The notes under the pieces: model-generated | Seen by the model: the letters and a program-made list of their open reading frames with translations, nothing else | What the model was told of the DNA's origin: nothing | Databases searched by the model: none | Translations under genes and position numbers: made by a program | Origin: Polynucleobacter necessarius | Lineage (GTDB): Bacteria > Pseudomonadota > Gammaproteobacteria > Burkholderiales > Burkholderiaceae | Direction: 5' to 3' | NCBI RefSeq assembly: GCF_900095195.1 | Contig: NZ_LT606950.1 | Location: 1,099,945-1,131,944 of the forward strand | Length of the DNA stretch: 32,000 nucleotides | In this document: positions 26,655-32,000 of the stretch, piece after piece | Numbering within the stretch: the stretch's first letter is position 1 | Layout of the letters: every line of letters starts with the position of its first letter

Positions 26655-29099
26655 CTAAGCTTTTCGCAAACGCCAGGCATTTAAGGTCACCGCCAAAGAG
26701 GAAAGTGACATGCTGATACCAGCAACCCAGGGATTTACCAAACCCAACATTGCCGCTGGAATTGCGAGCACGTTGTAAACCAAGGCCCACAATAAATTCT
26801 CTTTAATAATGGCCTGCGTCTTTTGAGCAAGCCCTAACGTTTTCGCCAATGGCTCGAGTGAGCTTGCAGTCAATATGGCATCAGCTCCTGCGGCAGCTAG
26901 CGGCGCTCCAGCACCTACCGCAATGGATACGTCTGCACGAGCTAATAAGGGCGCATCGTTGACGCCATCGCCAATCGCCCATACAAAGCGTTTCTCATTT
27001 TGCAAACGCTCAATATATTCATATTTTTCTTCTGGAGTGCAGGCGCCTCGAAAATGTTTTATGCCAACATGATCTGCCCACCATGCAACCGTTGCAGGGT
27101 CATCCCCAGAAACTAAATGGACGGTAACATTTTTTGATTTTGCGGCATCTAATAAATTTTTTAAACCAACTCTTGGTGTATCCAAAAATACAAAGCTAGC
27201 TATCAACCCCTGGTCATCAGCAAGAAGTACTTGCCCGTATTGACCATTTTCTCGAGACGGAGACTGATTCTGGACACCTAGCCACGCAGCACTTCCAAGG
27301 CGATATGCCCCAGAGCTCAATCCCTTACCAAGTTGATTCATTACGGGATCTTGTAATTGCGCTGGAGAGAGATTTTCATGCTCAGCTGCTCGTAATAGCG
27401 ATAGCGCTAGAGGATGTCTTTGGCCAGCTTCTAGCGCTGTTGCAAGTGCTAATGCATCTTCACGACGATAACCCTGTCGCAGATGAATAACCTTTTTCAA
27501 CTCAGGCTGCCCCATTGTGAGGGTACCAGTTTTATCCAAAACAAGATCGGTTGCCTTGACTAAGCCCTCTAACACATGCCCTCTCACAATCAGCAATCCT
27601 AATTTGGTTACAGCGCCTTGTGCGGCTGCCATTGCCGTTGGAACAGCTAACGATAGAGCACAAGGACAGCTTGCAACAAGCACGGATACGAGCACGGTCC
27701 ATGCTTGACCAGGATCGAAATACAGCCACACTGCAGAAGAAACAAATGCACTTAATAATAAGAACGCAACAAAATAGGCTGCCCACTTTTCAGCAAGACT
27801 CACCATCACTGGTTTTACCAGCAAGGCCTGATCTAGCAGGGAAGCAATACCCGCAATCCGCGTAGATTGGCCCACTGCATCGATTCTCATGATGAGAGGG
27901 TTCAAAATATTGTGGGTACCAGCATACACACGATCGCCAATTTTTTTCTCAACAGGCTTAGATTCGCCAGTAAGCAGCGATTCATCAAGCGCGCTGGCAT
28001 TCTCAATTAAGAACCCATCCGCAGGTACCACTTCGCCAGGTGGTACACGCAGCATTTCGCCTGGGGCGCAATTGACTACCGGTACAACTTCTACTTCTTG
28101 AGTTTGTGGGTAATTTAGAATACGTTCGCAGGTTGCAGGTAATTGCTTTGCTAACGCCTCTGCCCCACCCTGAGCATCCTGTCGAGCTAATAATTCCACA
28201 TAACGCGCAGCCAAAATAAATGCTACAAACATCGTGATGGAATCAAAATAACTTTGGCCAGAGCCAGCAATTAAATTAATCGTTCCCGCACTAAACGCGA
28301 GTGCAGGCGCCAATGCAATGGGAACATCCATGCTCAACATCCGCGTTTTCTTAAACGATTGCACACTTCGCCATGCCGCTTGAAATATCGGCCCCGCTGA
28401 ATACACCATTACTGGAACGGTGAGCGCCCAGCTGGTCCAGCCCAATAGAGTTTCAAACTCAGGCGTGATGTCGGCATTAACGTAGGTAGGCCAGGCATAC
28501 ATCATGACTTGCATCATGCCCAACATGGCAACACCAAGCCGAGTCAGTAGCTGCCGCTTTTCTTTTTTTGCCCTCTCAAGAGAAAGGGAGGGCTCAAACG
28601 GCCAAGCTTCGTAACCAATGCGCTCAACCTCAAATAACAATCTTGCTAGACTTGTTTTTTCCGGATTAAAGCGAACAATGGCTTTTTGAGTAACGTAATT
28701 AATCTGTACATCCATTACACCAGTAGTGCGACGCAAATGCTGCTCAGATAACCAAACACAGGCAGCACAGCGAATTTTTTCGAGACGTAGCGTTGCTTCA
28801 AGATCACCAGACTCTCCATATACTCTAGTAAACCTACTACGCAGAGATGGATCATCGTAGGGCTTTAATTTCTCTGGAATTTCATTGGATGCCAAGTATG
28901 CCGCGGGCTTTTCACCAATCTGGGGGCGACGCGCATAAAAAACTTCCAGACCTTCCCCGTGAATTGTTTGCGCGATAGCCATACACCCGGGGCAGCAAAA
29001 CTGACGCTGAACCCCCCCCACCTCTGCCTCCAGTAAATCCATTGGCAAAATAGCGCTCGAGCAGTGATAGCAGGAAAATAAATTGCTGTGTGCCATCAC
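26655..29099 (-). CDS. ccoI: Copper-translocating P1B-type ATPase CcoI/FixI
   Basis: The N-terminal region reads CYHC...CCPGC, the membrane motif is CPC (ASCPCALSLAVP), and DKTGTLT, GDGVNDAP and a TGES-like TGESKP are present. The start is GTG 29099 or the adjacent ATG 29096 (MAHSNLF..). Confidence 0.95.
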   Translation of the reverse strand: MMAHSNLFSCYHCSSAILPMDLLEAEVGGVQRQFCCPGCMAIAQTIHGEGLEVFYARRPQIGEKPAAYLASNEIPEKLKPYDDPSLRSRFTRVYGESGDLEATLRLEKIRCAACVWLSEQHLRRTTGVMDVQINYVTQKAIVRFNPEKTSLARLLFEVERIGYEAWPFEPSLSLERAKKEKRQLLTRLGVAMLGMMQVMMYAWPTYVNADITPEFETLLGWTSWALTVPVMVYSAGPIFQAAWRSVQSFKKTRMLSMDVPIALAPALAFSAGTINLIAGSGQSYFDSITMFVAFILAARYVELLARQDAQGGAEALAKQLPATCERILNYPQTQEVEVVPVVNCAPGEMLRVPPGEVVPADGFLIENASALDESLLTGESKPVEKKIGDRVYAGTHNILNPLIMRIDAVGQSTRIAGIASLLDQALLVKPVMVSLAEKWAAYFVAFLLLSAFVSSAVWLYFDPGQAWTVLVSVLVASCPCALSLAVPTAMAAAQGAVTKLGLLIVRGHVLEGLVKATDLVLDKTGTLTMGQPELKKVIHLRQGYRREDALALATALEAGQRHPLALSLLRAAEHENLSPAQLQDPVMNQLGKGLSSGAYRLGSAAWLGVQNQSPSRENGQYGQVLLADDQGLIASFVFLDTPRVGLKNLLDAAKSKNVTVHLVSGDDPATVAWWADHVGIKHFRGACTPEEKYEYIERLQNEKRFVWAIGDGVNDAPLLARADVSIAVGAGAPLAAAGADAILTASSLEPLAKTLGLAQKTQAIIKENLLWALVYNVLAIPAAMLGLVNPWVAGISMSLSSLAVTLNAWRLRKA

Positions 29100-30343
29100 T
29101 TATGCAGGTTTTTTATCAACCCAGCCATTGCGGCGCTCATACATCACAAACATCACAAACAAAACGCCCCACATCACCACGGCAACATATGCCCATACCC
29201 ATGCACTTTGTGAAGCACGAGAGCCAGCAACATCCAACACGAAGCCAAAGATCGCTGGGCCCATTAAGCCACCGCCAAAGCCCATTAATGAATGCAAACC
29301 CATTGCAGCGCCTTTAATATTTTCCTGAGCACTAATGACCAATTCCACCGTTAAGGTAGCGGAGTCAGCCATAATAAAAATGGCATGGCCTATTGCAAGC
29401 GCAACAATGAGCCACCAAGAGTGGCCAGTAGACAGAGCCAACGAAATCCCCATGACTGCACTAGTTAGCATCACAATGCAGACCCATTTTTGTCGCCCCA
29501 CTCTTAGGGTAATCTCATTTCCCAAGATAGATGAAGGGACCCCAAAGAAATTGATTACGCCAGCTAAGGTCGTTGCTGCGAGAAAAAAAGATTCGCCAGA
29601 AGCAGTCGCACAAAAAGCAAAGAACGCCACAATCCAACTTCTAGAAGCAAATAGCTCAAGTGAGTGCACGGTATAACCAAAAATAAATCCCGAAGCTTTT
29701 TTATTTTCCAGTGCTAACTTCCACTTCTCTACTGGAAATGCGTCGTGCAATCGAATTTGGAGGGGGCCCTTCCATTTTTCTTGCGCAAGTGGTGGTATAA
29801 GCAACAACACAATTAAAAATGCTGTAAACGGTCCCAGCGCAATAATCCCAAATACATAATGCCAACCCAGTGCACTCAAAATCCATCCAGAGCATAGGTA
29901 TGAAAACCTGTCCCGATTCCGAAGAAGGCGGTATAAAAAGCAATATGACAAATTAGCTCGCCAGACTGAATTCGATCAGACAAGATTTTTAGTCCAGGCA
30001 TATACGTGCCTGCAAGGCCTGCAGCATTAATCGCCATAAACAATAAAGCGGTCCAAAAATTATGGGCTAATAGAGACATGCCCAACAAACCACAGGTAGC
30101 AGATAGACCGCCAACCAAATAGACTTTTCGTGCGTCTATGCGATCAGTCAATGCAGTTGCCAGTGGGACCGCCAGCATGTAGCCAAAAAAGAAGACGCTA
30201 GCAATCAGACCAGACTCGAGATTACTTAACTGCCACTCATCCTGTAAGGGGGCCAACACTACCGCATAGCAGGCAAAACCCAGCAATGCGCAGGTTTGCG
30301 CCAGGAGCATAAGAGGGGTGTAACCAATTGATCGAAAGCGCAT
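29100..30343 (-). pseudogene. MFS transporter, frameshifted; its stop abuts the ccoI start
   Basis: MRFRSIGYTPLMLLAQ...AFYTAFFGIGTGF breaks at a T4 run (plus-strand A4 at 29903-29906). It continues as SYLCSGWILSALGWHYVFGI...ERRNGWVDKKPA in another frame. Length 1244 nt plus 1 gives 415 codons. Confidence 0.8.
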
Positions 30344-30452
30344 AGAGTATTCGTAAAAACCTAGGGCTATTCTACTCGCCAAAGTGTCACCCCAAGCCCC
30401 ACCCATAACCTGCCATTAACCGCTACACTAATAAAAACAGAATGGAGACAAT

Positions 30453-31436
30453 ATGAAGAAAATACCTTTCCTGCGTTACTGCTTTAGCCTAGGCCTGGGC
30501 GTTGCTTTTAGCTTAATCAGTTCTGCCACGCTAGCAGATAACTATCCTTCAAAACCGATTAAAGCAATCGTTCCATTTGCGCCGGGCAGTTCTACAGATC
30601 AAATTGGTCGTGCATTTGCTGCCAAGATGGCTGAATCCCTTGGCCAACCCGTGGAGATTGAAAATCGTCCCGGCGCCAATGGCATGATTGGCGCTAATGT
30701 AGTCGCTAAGTCACTCGCTGACGGCTACACCCTACTATTTGGTACAAATAGTACCAATGCAGCACTCAAAAGCTTGGTCAAAATTTACCCTATAACCAAG
30801 ACACAGCCTTTACACCAATTGGTTACTTTGGTTCTGTGCCACTCATCGTTGCAGTGAATAATGAACTGCCCGTGAAGTCACTCAATGGGTTTGTTTCACT
30901 AGCAAAAGCAGATCCTGGAAAAATTCCCTTTGCGTATGCCAGTACATCGCAACGCGTTTCCTCAGAAATGTTAGCGAGTGCAACCGGGATTCAGATGACT
31001 GGCGTCTCTTATAAAAGTGGGCCGAATGCCATGACGGATCTCATTGGCGGTCAAGTCAATATGTTTACCGCTGACTTTGCAGTGACATTACCGCAAGTTC
31101 AAGCTGGAAAAATTCGTGGCTTAGCAGTCACCTCACTCAAACGTTCGCCCGCCATCCCAGAGTTACCCACTGCCAATGAAGCATTGGGCATCAAAAACTA
31201 TGAACTCATCGCATTCTTTGCGGCCTTTGGCCCAGCTGGCATGCCAAAAAAATGCCGTTCTGAAACTGAATAAGGCCATTAATGATGCCGCTAAATCAAA
31301 GGACTTAACGGAACGTTTTGCATCCATGGGCTTTGAGACACAACCCGGTATGCCAGAAGCGCTTGCGCAAAAAATTAAACTGGAAACCGCTAAGTGGGCT
31401 CAAGCGATTAAAGCAGCCGGCATGGAAGCTGAGTAA
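30453..31436 (+). pseudogene. Orphan Bug/TctC-family periplasmic binding protein, two frameshifts at A-runs
   Basis: GGAGACAAT precedes the ATG, and the signal peptide is MKKIPFLRYCFSLGLGVAFSLISSATLA. The shift at A4 (30780-30783) turns ..SLVK into NLPYNQDTAFTPIGYFGSVPLIVAVNN.. The shift at A7 (31246-31252) turns ..GPAGMPK into NAVLKLNKAINDAAK..AAGMEAE. The total of 984 nt equals 328 codons (net zero). Confidence 0.85.
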
Positions 31437-31437
31437 C

Positions 31438-31666
31438 TTACAACTCGCTATTAATCTCAATGGACAGGAGCCAGTAGGACAGGCTCTTGCCATGAGAATC
31501 AAGATTTAAAGAGAGATTGACTCCGCCATACGATGAACCATCGATCACAAAATTAAAAGCCATCAAGTTTAATAAATCATAGCGCGTTACTGAGCTAGGA
31601 TTCGAAATCCGAAATGCGCTTTTACCCTCTCCGCAGTTAATTCTTTTTGCAAGAGTTCAAAGTCAT
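31438..31666 (-). pseudogene. Decayed small ORF or C-terminal domain that follows the AtuA/DUF1446-like gene (DUF4387-like by sequence pattern, tentative)
   Basis: An ATG immediately after the upstream TAA gives MTLNSCKKN, then a stop. The plausible protein text (..FELLQKELTAERVKAHFGFRILAQ, then ..VTRYDLLNLMAFNFVIDGSSYGGVNLSLNLDSHGKSLSYWLLSIEINSEL) needs two further frames. Confidence 0.5.
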
Positions 31667-32000
31667 TTATGAGGCCTGAATTTTTTCCCGAGGCATGAAG
31701 CCCACTAGGGTATTGAGTCGAGGCTTTAGGCTAGTGCGAACCCCGCCGCCACCTGCTGGACCACAGGTATAGAGCGCAGTCACCTCACGACATAATTGCA
31801 TCGCTACCAATCGATCTGGATAAGAGGCTGCAATGCGTAGACGAATATCTGTAAAGTGTTGATGAGTAATCTCGGGCCCCTTCCCAGAGTCGCTGGCAAA
31901 TACACTTGTACTACCAATAAAATCTACCCTCAAATGCAATTGATCACCTAGACGATCGCGAATAATCTTTGATGCCAACTCAGCTCGCTTATAGGCACGA
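31667..32000 (-). CDS. C-terminal part of a DUF1446/AtuA-like protein (5' end outside the window; integrity unknown)
   Basis: The reading frame is open from the window edge (RAYKRAELASKIIRDRLGDQLHLRVDFIGSTSVF...LYTCGPAGGGGVRTSLKPRL..). The family assignment is from memory of the GPAGGGG-containing C-terminus and is tentative. Confidence 0.4.
   Translation of the reverse strand, partial: RAYKRAELASKIIRDRLGDQLHLRVDFIGSTSVFASDSGKGPEITHQHFTDIRLRIAASYPDRLVAMQLCREVTALYTCGPAGGGGVRTSLKPRLNTLVGFMPREKIQAS

Noticed and set aside
26548-26790. 80-aa minus-strand ORF spanning the ccoI/ccoS junction
   Set aside because: It is out of frame with both real genes. The true product here is the 59-aa CcoS (26466-26645) and the C-terminus of CcoI.
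29106-29119. ATCAA half-site next to the ccoI start as a possible FNR box
   Set aside because: The partner half (AGGTT) does not match TTGAT, and the site lies at the start codon rather than at promoter distance.
31598-31610. tRNA T-arm-like GGATTCGAAATCC
   Set aside because: It is an isolated 5-bp stem inside decayed coding sequence, with no acceptor, D or anticodon arms around it.
1-32000. CRISPR arrays, IS or transposase genes, integrases, phage genes, toxin-antitoxin or known defence-system genes, rRNA or tRNA
   Set aside because: None was seen on either strand. There are no repeat-spacer periodicities and no long direct or inverted repeats flanking any block. Base composition looks uniform, with no island-like shift.

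Overview
This is a 32-kb chromosomal segment of a betaproteobacterium that looks about 45% GC by eye. The gene families present (Bug/TctC receptors, TAXI-TRAP, the ccoIS-ccoNOQP-ccoG order, an FNR regulator) look Burkholderiales. Low GC combined with heavy gene decay resembles a host-restricted Polynucleobacter-like lineage, but that taxon call is inference only.

Intact content:
- A cbb3 oxidase supercluster on the minus strand: ccoI-ccoS, then ccoN-O-Q-P, ccoG and two small membrane ORFs. A perfect FNR box and a class-II promoter sit in front of ccoN.
- fnr and a DsbD_2-type membrane protein.
- A SulP anion transporter, UspA, an M23 peptidase and an M50 (site-2) protease.
- A cytochrome c' / cytochrome b561 pair.
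- A TAXI-type TRAP transporter (receptor plus fused permease) and a DapA-family lyase.
- The 3' end of chrA.

The dominant signal is gene decay. Thirteen of about 36 genes (roughly 11.5 kb, about one third of the window) are pseudogenes that still read colinearly with their families. They are the whole tctCBA operon, crcB, a ygiD-like dioxygenase, two MFS transporters, an HCDH-family dehydrogenase, a 2-hydroxyacid dehydrogenase, an enolase-superfamily enzyme, DUF2177, an orphan Bug receptor and a small AtuA-associated ORF. Most lesions are 1-nt indels at short homopolymers. In-frame nonsense codons, a TG dinucleotide duplication and an 11-bp tandem duplication are also present.

I saw no rRNA, tRNA, CRISPR array, IS element, phage gene or recognisable defence system, and no convincing new multi-gene system. 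The findings worth a second look are:
- the decay pattern and its mutation spectrum;
- the 11-bp duplication that converts the dapA-like start into a 4-codon uORF with a TTG restart;
- ccoI starting with no spacer after a dead MFS gene;
- two unlisted small ORFs at 4.65-5.0 kb;
- a few candidate operators.
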